A stretch of DNA of 63,615 bases, the filler included, from Klebsormidium nitens (lineage: Eukaryota; Plantae; Klebsormidiophyceae): the NCBI GenBank assembly GCA_000708835.1. It is 6 parts of 6 records of this genome, joined end to end, with 100 filler letters (N's around TTAATTAATTAA, not from the genome) between each part and the next. Parts side by side here need not be neighbours in the genome. Positions count along the whole stretch, not along the records: positions 1 to 21,621 come from DF237092.1; 5 more parts are not named here. The stretch is one strand, 5' to 3'. Below, in pieces: positions 1 through 12,800 of the stretch. The number at the start of each line of letters is the position of its first letter. The first letter of the stretch is position 1. Below the pieces are notes generated by a model. The model searched no databases, was not told where the DNA came from, and worked only from the letters and a program-made list of their open reading frames with translations. The translations under genes and the position numbers were made by a program.

Positions 1-818
1 TGCGTCAAGAGCTGCTTGCAAGCAAGAGCGCCAGTTGAGCGCCTTCCTCTCAAGAGTCCAAACTTGGGAATGTAAGGCGGAACATTCGATTGTACAGCTG
101 TTGGCGTGTACGGTGTCACGCAACCGGAAACGGACCCTGCCAGCCTGGCTGGCACATCTTCCATCCATCTGACATGTACCGGAACCTGAGTCGACCGGAA
201 CCATAGACTGCTTCGAAGCCTCGTTCCGCCCAAGTTGGGAGCGGAACGGATGACAAGGGGTGTTCTTACGCGCGCGTCGTTTTCGGATCTTATATCAGGA
301 GAACGTTGTCACCTACTCAGGCTACCGTTGTTAGTAAAAGGCGACTTAGGTAAGTACAAGCGCAGCCAAGTTCCTCAATGCAGGCAACAGGAATTGCAAA
401 ATGCACGAAGGAGGAAGGTGGATCATAGTGGGATTTCAACATGCGCCATCCTGTCATGATTGCATTTTCCTTTCACTTTTCGTCCTTCTGGAGAATGAGG
501 CGACAGACTCAGAATGAAGCGGTCAACCGGCTTACAAAGGTTTGATCAGCTGCGTAGCTTCAGGACGTGGTTTGTTGCATAACATTTCGAGCTGACTGCA
601 GAGAGGCTGCATAGGAGCTCTCTGGCTGTAATCAGCAGTCTCTGATCAGCTATAATCTAGTAATTTGTTGGTTGACAAGCATTCAAATCGCATGCAGCAT
701 AAATCTATGGCGGCTATCACTACATAGTAACGTGACTGGGCCTCTATTCAGAATCACGATGCAAGGTAAGATGAAAAGCTAGGATCTCACAGCTCTGTCG
801 ACTATCTAAGAGCTAAGC

Positions 819-3800
819 ATGAGTGCAGCCAAGCCTGCAGCGGGCGCGGCCGCCAAGCCCGCCACCCCTGCAGGTGATAAGAGGCCTGGCAGCTCTGCTG
901 GAGCTAAGGGGGCGAAGGCTGCCCCTGGGAAGGGAAAAGCTGGGGACAAGGGTGCAAATGGAGACGCGCCGGTGGCAGGAATGCTACTCAGGGAGGAGGA
1001 CAAGGTGGGGCGCTGAACACTTTAAACCATTGCAGTTTTCGTCAAGCTTTCTAGAGATCTGTTCCACTTGAACATACTAGCGAACGGTCAAGTTGAAAGG
1101 TTTCAGGGTGATAAAGATGATCAAAAGTGTAGACAGCATAGGGCAGCTCAGCGCTGCCAGTCAACCAATACAGTCTGTGACAGACATGAAGCCACTCACT
1201 CCACCTCATTGCACCATCGAATATGCTCAGAAGATAATGTGAACCGCACTTTTGGCATTGTTACCCTAGCGCAGTTTGGCGCCACCGATTTTGATTCAGG
1301 GCCGAAAGAAATGGGGCAGATTGCGCCTTTAAAGAAGCGAACCTTTTGTTTGACAATCCCTGGAACCTTTACAACTTTGGGTCGCAGCTCAGAGATTGGT
1401 TCAGTCTTCTCTTATTGTAGTCTCTAGCAATTCCACAAAAAGAATGCTGTCCAGGCAGACTTGTCTGAAAGCGACAAGGCTACATGCAATCTTTTTACAA
1501 ATCTATGAGCAACAGCAAGTACACTGGCCTAATTGCTGCACTTGGTGGTGCAAACATGAAGCTCAACTTTTACAGGTCTTTGAGTTATACTTACCATCCC
1601 ATTTTTGGCATTTGATTCGTTGGCCCCAAAGTTGAGCCATCAGATGCCCTTCCATCATTGATCTGCATTTAGAACCTAAGTGGCAAGTTTGGGGCAAAGA
1701 GCTGTGTGCGCTCAGCTTGTAAATCTTGTGTTTTCAGGCAGGATTTAGTGACCGACTGTGTTGGTTGTCTATTACTACGAACGATATCAGACACCAGTAT
1801 GATGCTCGTACAGGTCTAATCCGAAACTCACACGCCTTTGCTTCAAGTCTTCGTTCCACATAACACCTACGGAGTGCTAACGTGCACAATGAAGCACCCT
1901 CGCATTGGAGCCCGAAAGCAACTAATGCAAAGAATTCAAAGTCCTTCTGTTCCTTACAATGAAGTCGAACACATTGCACACCACTTTTGATGTAGGAGCC
2001 CGCCCCAAAGTTCCCCATCACCTGGCACGCCTACGGAGTCGTCGTGGAGGCTGCCTGGTCGGACGTCCGCCTCGACGCGGCTGCTCTGCGCGCCTCGTTG
2101 TTGGCCGAGGGCACGCCCGAATGGACCATCTGCGAAGCAGATGCCATCGCAATGGCCGAAGAGGTAAGCCGACCGTCTCAACCATGTACGTCCAGTTCAC
2201 CAATGCTTCTTGCATTACGAGTACTGAATGCTTATTGGTGCCGTGCATCTGGTCGCGGTAAGGCACGATCCGTAGGTTAAGGAGGGGCTCGAGACACAAA
2301 AAACTATGGAGATTGATGAATTTGTGTGACCACTTCAGGCCTTACCTGACATCCTTGTTATAGCCATAGAAAAAACTCCGACAGCAGTCCGAGACAGAAG
2401 TCCCTCACAGGGTCCCCGTTTCTAGCCTCACTACGCAACAGTACATACCTAAATTACGACTTGCTTGCAGATTGCTACGGATCCGGACAGTACGTTGGGA
2501 GGCCTCGTCCGAAATGCGAAGGAGTCCGAAGCAGCGTCCGACAAGCCCTGGCTCCAGCCCGACGTGGCTGCTCGATTGCTGGCAGGTGAGGTACATGTCG
2601 AAGGTCGCTTGAAGGTGTGGGATCGCTTGCTTGAAGCGCCTACAAGAGACGTTGGACATGAAGCTGGAGATTTTGGCTGGGCCACAGCTACGAGCAAACC
2701 GTGCTACAAGTTCTGAAGTGTTTCAATTTCAAGAAGATCCAACAGAATCTTTGCCTCTTCTCTTTTTCCCCTCTCTTGAATCCCCCTTTAATCTTTACCT
2801 TTTCTTTCTGTCGGCCCACCCTCGGCTTCTACTTCTTCCGATTTACAACTCTTCTGAGGAATAAAAGCGGAATCTCATGATCTATGTGCCCGGAGAGTAA
2901 AGTCGTCACGGTCCGTCCCCATAAAAAGAGTGTCTACACCAATCTGCAGCCCGAATGGAACTGGACAAGGGTCGGGCTCATCGCGCCGAGGCCAAGCGAC
3001 GGTCCGTAGCGATCGAGACCGCAAACGAGACCGTTGTTCAGGCCAAGGCGGTGGCGTCAGCCGCGAGCGAGAAGCTGACTTCAGCGAAGGCCGAGCTTAA
3101 CAGCGCGAAGGAAGCGCACGCGGCGCTCGTGGCGAGGTTTAAGGCCCAGGCCGAGCCCGCCAAGGAGCCGGAAGAGGTGAGACCCCCAGTTAGCACCGGG
3201 TTTGGACTGCAGCTGCGAGTTGGGTTAGCGACTCTTTTGGGACATCAAAATACCAGGTTAGCCCCTGGACAATTCTGTGACCATTTGGGGTGAAGTCACA
3301 CTGGGTTGATGCGAGAATTCGAGTGCGTCGTAAGTGCGGTGGTTGGACTGAACGATACTGATGCTTTCTAAATCATTGAAAGAGATTTTGAAAGTGGCGA
3401 AGTGCTAGCAAACGCTCGCATGACAAATTTTGTCAAGGCCAAGCTTCTGGAGTACGGTCTGGCCAGTTGCATCGAGGTCGCTCCGATCTGGGCCGTCGTT
3501 GGTTCCTGTCCATGAATCGGACGGCCCACACTTGAGATTGGCCCGCATCGAGCAGTCGGCGCAAGGCGGTCAGACTTGACGAAGTATGTCCAACATTTGA
3601 CCCTGTCAAACTATGACATAGCTGGGCTGGCCGGTCCCCTATTGCTGAGGTATACTAGGTTCAAGCGAGGACTAAGACTCGGAGCGGGCCCGGAGCGGAC
3701 TCGGGATTCATTATGGACATAAACACTGGCTGTGGACTATGATCAACCGATGGTCATCCGCTTTCCTCCGACTCAAGGAGATGGGTTGGCTCAAGCACGT

Positions 3801-6800
3801 GGCTTTACTTGGACATGCGCCCTGGAAGTACATACCTGGTACCCCTTTCAAGTGAAGCACAACCTATCCTGCGTGTCCGTCGATTAGAGATATGAGGCTG
3901 TTGGGAACCTGAGCGACTTTTGGTCGATATCAGATCCTTTTTGCCCTCTTTCCAGCTGCAAGAAGGTCGCGGGCGTTCCAGCACAGTCGCCACAAGCAGC
4001 CCTTCCAAAGAGGCCCTAGCAGCCGCAGGAAAAGCGGATCCGAAGGCGAAGGCGGCCGCGGCAAAACCCGCGGCGAAACCCCCAACCCCTGCCGGCAAAA
4101 CAAAGCCGGGCGCGAAGGCGGATGAGCCAGCGCTGCTGACGCAGGATGACGTGGACAGCAGCAAAGCTGCCGCAGCCGCGGCCGACGCGGCGGTAATGGC
4201 GGCCAGCAAGGAGCTGCGGGTGGGTGTCGCTCTAGTTACAGTGTCAGAGCATCCTGGAGTGGACGCAGAAATCGATGGAGAAATAGTTTGTGAAAGAAAG
4301 AGCATTTGGATTGCTTCAAGAAGCTGTAGCGTATGTACGAAAGAGTTTCGTCATAGTTCAGCGCCTATTCGAAGGAAGATTATACTTTAGCTACGTGCTC
4401 ATTTACAGAAAGTGTCTCATTTTACGTTGTAATCTTCTTACGAAGTGTAGCTTTTGCCAGATCGACTTTCGAAGACAGGCCGAAATAGGGTCGAAATAAG
4501 GTTCGACAATCTACAGCACCCTCGATGTTGACATATTCATTGGAAAGAGTAAGAGGTAAAGGAGGGAAGATGCCAAATCCAGCAGAAGGTCTCAAAAGTA
4601 GTTAAATGGAAACGCGCGTCAGTCGAGTGATACTAGCTTGTTTTGCGCAGGCGAACCAGCTGAATGGACTGGATGGTGAAGGCCGTCCAGACACGCAAAG
4701 TAGAAGGAGAAGTAGAAGTAGAATATGGAAATGAGAAGTCCAAGCAGATACCTGGACGCTGATCGACGAAAGAACCCCGTGGAGTTATGAATATTACTGA
4801 ACGCAACCAATCCCTCTGTCTTTCGCAGGCAGCTCAGCTGAAGGTAAAGGAGGCCGAAGAAAAGCTCCGGCAAGCGCAGGCGGCGCTCGAGGCGCCTTTC
4901 GCGGCGACGTGGGTCTACTGGTGCTCCAACTTCGGGGCCGACGCGCAGGGTTTAGCCGCGGCCGCGGCCGCGGGGTCGCCACTCCGCGCGCTCCTCCACC
5001 TGAAGGAGAGCATCGAACCCGATGCGTCGAAAGCGCTTGGCTCTGGGGTCGCACCAGGTGATTCGACTAGCGGGAATGCTGACGTCAGCGGTACTGCCGA
5101 GCCGGATCTTGTGAAGGGATTTAGGGGTCTGGTTGCGGCATCGACTCTCGACATGCCCGCGAGGCAGATCGCGCTGGTCGAGTGCGAGTTCAAGAGACCG
5201 AAAGTAGAATCAGGCGAAGGGGGAGCCGCGGGCGCTACAGACCTTGGTACCAATTCTAAAGAGGTGCAGAAGGGCGACGAGAAGAAGCCCAACTCACGCC
5301 CTGGAACGGCAGCCAAGGGCGGTGATAAAAAGCCTCCAAAAGGGGGGGACAAAAAGGCTGACAAAAAGGGTGGGGAGGACGAAATCGTGGAGGATCTCGG
5401 CCCGGCCGCCGCGGCGGAGGCGCTAGGGGCGGCGGCGCATAAGGTGGCAGACCAGGCCATAGCGTATGAGGAGTACCAAGCGCGTACGAAGGTCGTCAAT
5501 GTCCGGCCGGCGGCTGCTGACGTGGACATGCGTCACTACCAGCAGTTGCTCGCGGACGTTCCGAAGGCTGACGTCACGGTACCAGTGATGCTGCACTGCA
5601 TGCTGGAGCAGGTACGCAATCCGGTTCGTTCAAAGCGATGGGCCTTCTCGTTGTTTCTACTGTCAAAATATGGTGGCGACTCTGCAGTCTTAAACCTTGT
5701 TTGAACACTCTTCTGTCCTAATGAAGGTATTGCTGGGTTCTGCGCTTTGCTCCGCGCGACTTGCGAAACCGACCTGTGAGAAAAGCGGGGTATATCCTTG
5801 TATGAAGACCTGAAAGCTGCTCTGAGAAACTTTGGAAAAACAGCACTTGACGTGCTCATACTCGCGAAATCGTCTATCCAGCGGAATCCGCAAATCTCAG
5901 CTTCAACGGACCCGCTTTTCTCCTTGTAGATCGTCCGTAGGAATTGCACTCCCCTCGACCTTGCGAAGAAGAGACTTCGCGCAATCTTTCTATCCACCAA
6001 AACCTGCTTATTCAAAAAGTGAAGCGACCCGCTTTCCTCCTTGAAGATCGTCTGTTGGGATTGCACTTCCCTCGACCTACTCGCGAAAGTCTATTTTACC
6101 GAAACCCGCAAATCTAGCTTCACCTCAGCAATTTCCTTGTAGATTGTCCGTGGGCTTTGCACTCCCCTCGACCTGCGCGAAGAAGAGACCTCGCGCGCTG
6201 CGGACGAGGCGGCCGCGTATCTTGACGCTGCGTTCGGACGCCTGGGCTTGATCCAAACCCCACGGATACCGCCGGCTGACGTCACTTCTTCGTCAGCGTC
6301 TGGCATCACGTCTTCTTCAAAATCAGAAGCTGAGGCTGGGCCGCTTGAGCATTCAAACGTTCGATCCGACGCACGGGCACCGACCGAAACCGGAGCTCCT
6401 CTATGTGAAGCGCTGGATTCGTTGGAGGGCAGAAGCGGGCAATCAGGACCATTGGATGCGGCCGGAAGTTCAAACACTCAACCAGGACCGTCCGATTCCT
6501 TCCCCTTCGGAGTGAACCAGGGGCAGGCTAGAGAAGGCTCCAACGGAGAGGTCGGGAAAGGAACACAGGAGTCGGGGGTCGCTACTGGGGAGTCTCTGCA
6601 GGCGGCAGATAGGCTTTGGCCGACTGCTCTAGAATCGCCCAAAGAAGCATCGGCAGTCGTTCCGACCGAAGCCAACGGAATACCGGAACGGCCCGGCCAA
6701 GAGCCGGGTGCAAGTGTTAATGAAGAGAGTGGAACGGATACAGCGCGAACGGAGCGTAGTGGAGAGGAACGGACGGGTATTCCCAAGGGCCGGACAAGAA

Positions 6801-9800
6801 AGGGTGTGGGTAACGGGACGGGGTTAGAAAGGGGTTACGGGAAGGCTGTGGTAAGAGAGGGCGACGGTACGGCTGGGTTGCTGTCGGAACGTCCGGGACC
6901 GTTGGACGTGGTCGCCGTCGAGAAGTCAATGCGGGACTTGTTAGAGCTACCAGGTGAGAGAAGACCATCATTAGCAAACTGGTTGTCGTGAAGCATGAAA
7001 GGCAGGGTGTGAGAGGATGAAGCGAGAAGACTGTTCAACGCGAGCAGTCTGATTTAAGCGATAAGTCTGATTGACGCGAGCAATATGATCAACGCGAAAA
7101 GTCTGATTCCGCTACGCCACAGAGGACTTTCAAGAAGTACTGCATGAAGGCGCTGGTAATTTGTCCTGCAGAACAACGAACCAGATTGCTAGATCTGACA
7201 GCCCGTGTGATTTGCAGTCCAGATTGATTCGAACACTTCCAATGAGCCTCCAGGTTGTGCTTCGAAGTTTCTGCTCGCAACGAAACAACATTGTATCTTG
7301 AAAACCTACACAGCGTTCAAGAGGCGGTGGGCACTAAGCGTTGCCATGCTGCTATTCCCTTTTTCCCTCTCTTTTTCTTTTTCAGTTTCCCATCCCGAAC
7401 ATCCATCCATTGATTGTTTAATTCTGCCACTTTCTTCCGCAATTAAAACATCTGTCTTCTGCCGTTCACAGGGAGAAAGCGCTCGTGGATGCCGGCAGTT
7501 CCGCTCCTGTCCGAGGTCCGGCGGAACGTCGACGCGACGGCGCTCCGGGCGCACTGCGGCCAGGGCGCGACGATCGCCGACGTGCAGCGCTTTCAGCGGA
7601 TGGTAAGAACCCTCGTCGGCAAACGACAAGTACGAATTGTCTAAAATCAACTGCCAGCAGAAACCACTAAGCTTCGTTTAGATATCAGGTCCGTTTCAAC
7701 GTGTGCCCTGAAATATAACCGACGCAGTCGCAGAAGGGAGGCTGAAACTCTGAGGCAAACGGAAGGATCAACAAGACACGTGTTTTGTGACATTACTTGG
7801 ATGTTAACTGATGCTTGAATCCGCGCACGTCTTCATGGAGCGAACCCAATAATGAGTTTCCCTCTGAGATCATCTCTGTTCTTGCAATCAGCCGGAAATG
7901 CAGCGTGTCTTTCGTGAGCAACTCAAGACTGCCATCCATGAATTGCTTTCGACTTTGTCAGGAATTTAAATCTCCAGGAGTCCGTGGATTTAAAGGTGAC
8001 TGCAAACGAGAGGGCCAATAAAGGCGCCAGCGACCGTGACGCTGCGACCGTGGTGCTGACTGAGGGAGCGCAGCGCTGAGCCAGGTGGACAACGCTCGTC
8101 ATGGACACGTGTCAATCTCACGAAGCCCCTGATACCGTAAATTCCTGAAAACACTAGAAGTAGCGCTTGAAGTGCTCAAGCTTTGCATCTCTACTTGCAG
8201 AACGCAATCTCTGCTCTCGAAGGCGACCCCGAGACATCCCAGTCTCTCTTCGGCCGACGGCATCTGGAAACACTCTCGGCAGACAGCCTGGCACAGGAGT
8301 GGTGTAAATCGGCCCTCAGCCTTCAGTCCGTCGACGTCTCCTACTACCCTCGCGAGGATTCTCTGCTCGTCCGACTCAGCGAAGACAGCGGTAACGCTGA
8401 GTGGGCACTTCCCGTGGAACGTTACATGCCTTTCGGCGACTTTTTCGTGGCGGGAACTGCCAGCGGGCTGCAGAATGCGTATACTCTTGAGCCGCGGGAG
8501 AGCGTCATGAAAGGCTTCCGGAACTCCGTTGCTTCCGGAGCGGAAGGCGTGCTCTGTGCGAGGGTGTCGGAGGGGATATGCGATGACGGGCGGGCGGAGA
8601 TTAGCGCTTATGTAGATGGGCACGTGCTGGGCGTGCGCTCTTTGCTTAATGTCGGGGCGGAAAGTGAAAAGACAAAAACAGGTGGCTCAGTTTTGGTCCA
8701 CGCGTCAGCAAACAAGCCGGGTGTATCTGGGCCTGACGAAATCCGCGGATCGCCTCAATCTGCTGACGGAGCTGCCGAACCTGCAAATACAGCGGACTCA
8801 GGCTCTGGCGAGAAAAGTGAAAGTGCAAAAGATGAGAGCGAACAAAGTTACAGTAATCTGAACAATAAGAGCACAGAAGGCCCTGTGAAGAGCCGGTTCG
8901 TAGGGAGCATGGAAGACGGTTCAGTAGTTTGTGCGGTGAGCGAAGAGGGAGGAAGAACAAGGGTGCAGCTGACAGGGCCTTCTGGAGAAGTCGTGGAGAT
9001 GACGTCAGCGGGGGTCGTCACCATGTTTGACGCAGAGAAGATGGAGAGGGAGCGGAGAGAAGGAGCGGAGCGGAAGCGGAAAGAGGCGGAAAAGGTTGCT
9101 GAGGCGAAACGGAAGAAAGCGGAAGCGAAAGCGTCGAAGGAAGCGGAAGCAATCGCAGCGGAACCGGAAACGAAGGGGGGGAAGGGGGCGGAAAAGGAGC
9201 GGCCCGGAACCGCAAAGGGGAAGCCGGCGGCGGCTAAACCTGGAACCCCTTCTAAGGCCGACGCGACGACGAAGAAGGAGGCAAATGCGAAGGCGGGGAA
9301 GGGCGCAAAAGAAGCCGTTCCGGCGGAAAAGACCGTTCTGCCGGAGACTGCCGCCGAAGTCCCACAGGCTGAGGCGCCCCCAACAGAAGAGACAGCGGAA
9401 CGAAAACCAGCGCCGGAAAGAAAGGTTGAAATTGGGGACTCGGAAGAAGCACTGACGGAGATCGCAAGGGGTGTGACGTCATCTGGCGTCGTGGTGCGCG
9501 TTTTGAAGGGCGGCGGGATGCAGGTGCTGTACCTAGACGGAAAAATAGCGGAACGGAACGCACTGGGCGGAACGGAGAGCCACTGGGTTGTGACGAATAA
9601 CTCAGGGGAGAGGACGGCAGTGTATGACTTGGCGCCGGAACCCCAACCGGGATTTCCGGCGGCAAATGCGGAAGAGGTAAAGGCTGCGGAAGCTTCCGCA
9701 GCGGAAGCGGTTGCTGTAGCTGCGGAACCAGCGGAAAAGAAGCCGAGCGGAAAGGAAGAGAGGGCGAAGACACCGGGGGACAAGAAAGCCGGGGCGAAGG

Positions 9801-12800
9801 GAAAGGAGGGAACGGCTAAGAGTGCGAGTAAAGCGACGCCGAGAGATGCGAAGCCCCTAGCGGAATCTGCGGAAGCAGTGACTGCGCCGGAGCCGGCGCC
9901 CGCAGAAAGTGCCCCCCCCGTATCTTTCCCTGAGGAGAAAAAGCCGAGGCTTCCAAGACTGGAGAAACTGTCGAGCATCCGGGTTGTGGAGGTAACCGAC
10001 CCCGAAACCGGGGTTAGGGTGGTAACCCGGGAAGACTTGACCATGGTGATAATCTCCCCTGACGGAGAGCAACGGGTTATGCACACCGTGGACGGCACGA
10101 GAATAAGCAGCAGCGGTGAGAATTGGCAGGTTGAGAAGGAGGGCTTTGCGACGGTGCGAGGTAAAACGGGAACCGGGGTCAGCGTGGAGATGGGCCAATC
10201 GTGGCGCGCCACGTGGGCGCAATCGGACGGCGGAATCGTGCTGAGGAAGCGGGGGGTGGGGGCCGTGAGCGTGCTGGGTACGAAAGTGACGTACGCATCA
10301 GAGAGGGATAACGAGGGCTTTGCGGAGGGGGATGAGTGTGGGGAATACGTCTTCGATCTGGTGAGCCGTAGGAAGAATTCTGTACTTCGTATTTTTTCTG
10401 GATGAGGCACGCGGCACGGGAGGCTCGTGGAACTTTGCGACTCCGATCAAGACATCAATCATTCTTCAGAGAAGCAAAATCAGCACGAGTTGCAAATGAT
10501 CTCCAAGATCCAAACGCGTTGTGACGGGCGCTAAATTCGCAAGTGCTTTGACGCTCGTCTTTTGCATGTGATCGATTTTTTCCAGGCTCTGAACTTAATT
10601 TGGTTGCTTCTCTGTTGCAAGTAAAAGCATCTTCTAATCCTATGCACGTGCTGTTTGCCTGCTGCAATCATGCCCTGACATAAGATTTCCGTGGTTCCAT
10701 ACCTTGCATGAAATTTCTGAATTCTTCGTCCCTGCAGGTTTCCGGTTCCGTCGAGTCCCGCCCCTTCAACGGACCGCCAATCAAAATCGACGCCAGTGGA
10801 TTCATCGACAGAGCCGATCAAAGATCTCCCTCGTGCCACGTGGCGCATTCACGGGTGTTCTGCGTCCGGGAAGAGGGCCACGGCTACGAGCTCCTGGACT
10901 CCGGAGCGTTCGAAAAGTATCGGCGGCGAAAGCTGCGGGACGAGAGTTGTACGACGCTGACAGAGCCGGTGCTTGGCAGGTGGGCGATCGGGGAATGGAA
11001 AACGTGGCAAGGCCTTGACGATGTTTCAGCAACCAAAATTGCGCGTTCTTCATGCCTGGATAACCTCAAGCTTTCCTCATGGGGACCCTCATGTTTCTTG
11101 TTCAACGTCTGCCAGTTCTCGTCTATCCGTCGTCCTTTGTCCGTGTACAAGTCGCTCTTTCTATTCAAAAGAGAAGATCACGACTGTCTCCTAAAACTCC
11201 GGTTCTTCTGCCGGTCTGGAAAGGGCCTGCCTCGCGCTGAAACATTGTCGTGCATATTCAAGATTCTAAACAATACTGTCAGTCCGTAGAAATACTTCCA
11301 TGTCTAAGAAGTTGGAATGAGCCACACACTTTACATCTAGGTATTATTTTCAGAATAAAATAAAAGTAAAGCTTATCTCTTGTAAGCTCTGAAGGCAAAC
11401 TAAGTCTTGTTCATCGTTCCCGCAGCCAAGAGAACGCAGTCGCGCACATTTTCCTGACGCGGCCGCAGTCAAACCCACAAACCCCGAGCCCCGCGCCGCG
11501 GCCCGCTCGCGCGACGCGTCCCGCGACCGCGTGCAAAGCCCTCCCCGCCCTCGCCCTCCCTTCCAAGTCACGGATTATTCCCAGCCAAGAGCGTTTCGGC
11601 ACCGGAACGGAGAGCGCCGGAAACGGAACAGAAGTTTCGCAGAGCGGAACGGAAAGCGGTGTGAGCGTCGAGGGGCGGTGGCTGTGGGCGGACCCCGCGC
11701 CACTCCCCATCCCGCGCATCGCCGCGCGCGCGCCTAAACCCCTAAACCCCCCTGCGCCCCCGCGCGTCGTCCTTTTCCGTCAGATCGTCGAGCTGCCAGC
11801 ATTGGACGGCGCGAAACGCGCGGCCATAGAGGCGTTCCTATCAAGATACGACACGTGGCAGAAGGAGACAGCGGAGAAGGAGGCGAGCTTCCAGACGGAG
11901 GAGGATCCGCGCGCGGCGGAAGAGGTCGCGCGTGCGGACGCGCTCGTCGAGCGGGTGATGCGCGCGCGCGCGGAGGTGGAAGGTGCCCGCGCTGAAGCGG
12001 CGCGCGCGGAGGAGGAGGCGGCGCGCGCGGCGGATCTCCTGCGGAGGAGGGAGGAGTGCGCGCGCGAGGAGGAGGAGAGGCGTGTTGCGGAGGTGAGCAA
12101 CTAGTAGAGGGACAGTTTCGACTTGAAAATGCTTTCACCCCGTCGTAGGACGTGAGCAATTGGGGACTCTACGCAATCATATTGAGAACCGTGGCAATGC
12201 GAACCTTTAGAGCGCCTGATCACAGCAATCTCTTGACATTCCTGGGCAAATGATTGAACAAATCCCTTTTGAAAGTTATTAGACCCCAGAGTAAGTGTTC
12301 TTGGTGGTATGTGTTCAAAACAAAAATTTGAACACATAAAATCCTGCAATTGCATCCATGAGTAGCATAGATTAAAGAAACCCGGATGGTAGCGACGCGT
12401 CTGCTTTCCTTCCGTTTCAGGGATTAGCGCGGCGGACGGAAGCAGAAGCCGCGAAGGCCCGAGCGCTCGAGGCCAAGAGAGGGCACGGAGTGCCCTGTAT
12501 CCATGACGAGAAGCCCCTCGTCGAAGCGACGGTGAGAATACTCCCTGCAATGTACTTCAACTTGTTATACTTCAACTTGCTCCACCGTCTGACATCGGCT
12601 CTGATCAATTATTCCTATGCGACATCTTTCGTCGATTTGAGCACGCGTCTGATGTATTATTGACGATATATATGTAAATGTTCACAGCAGATATGTAGCT
12701 CAAAGAGGCACGAGTTGGTGAGCCGTCTGCGATTGCCGATGCATTCTTTATTCGAGCCCTCATGCGAATGGGTATCTTCATACCAAATCTTATCAAAGTT

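Noticed and set aside
8848-10410. Long antisense ORFs over SPAG17 exons, genes A and B, Gypsy, KDZ and the primase (e.g. 520 aa at 8848-10410, 375 aa at 28171-29298)
   Set aside because: Shadow frames of GC-rich or low-complexity coding sequence, or ORFs inflated by N runs; no motifs.
11730-11760. cctaaacccctaaaccc and gggtttaggg (~41860) resembling plant telomere repeats
   Set aside because: Only one or two units; expected by chance.
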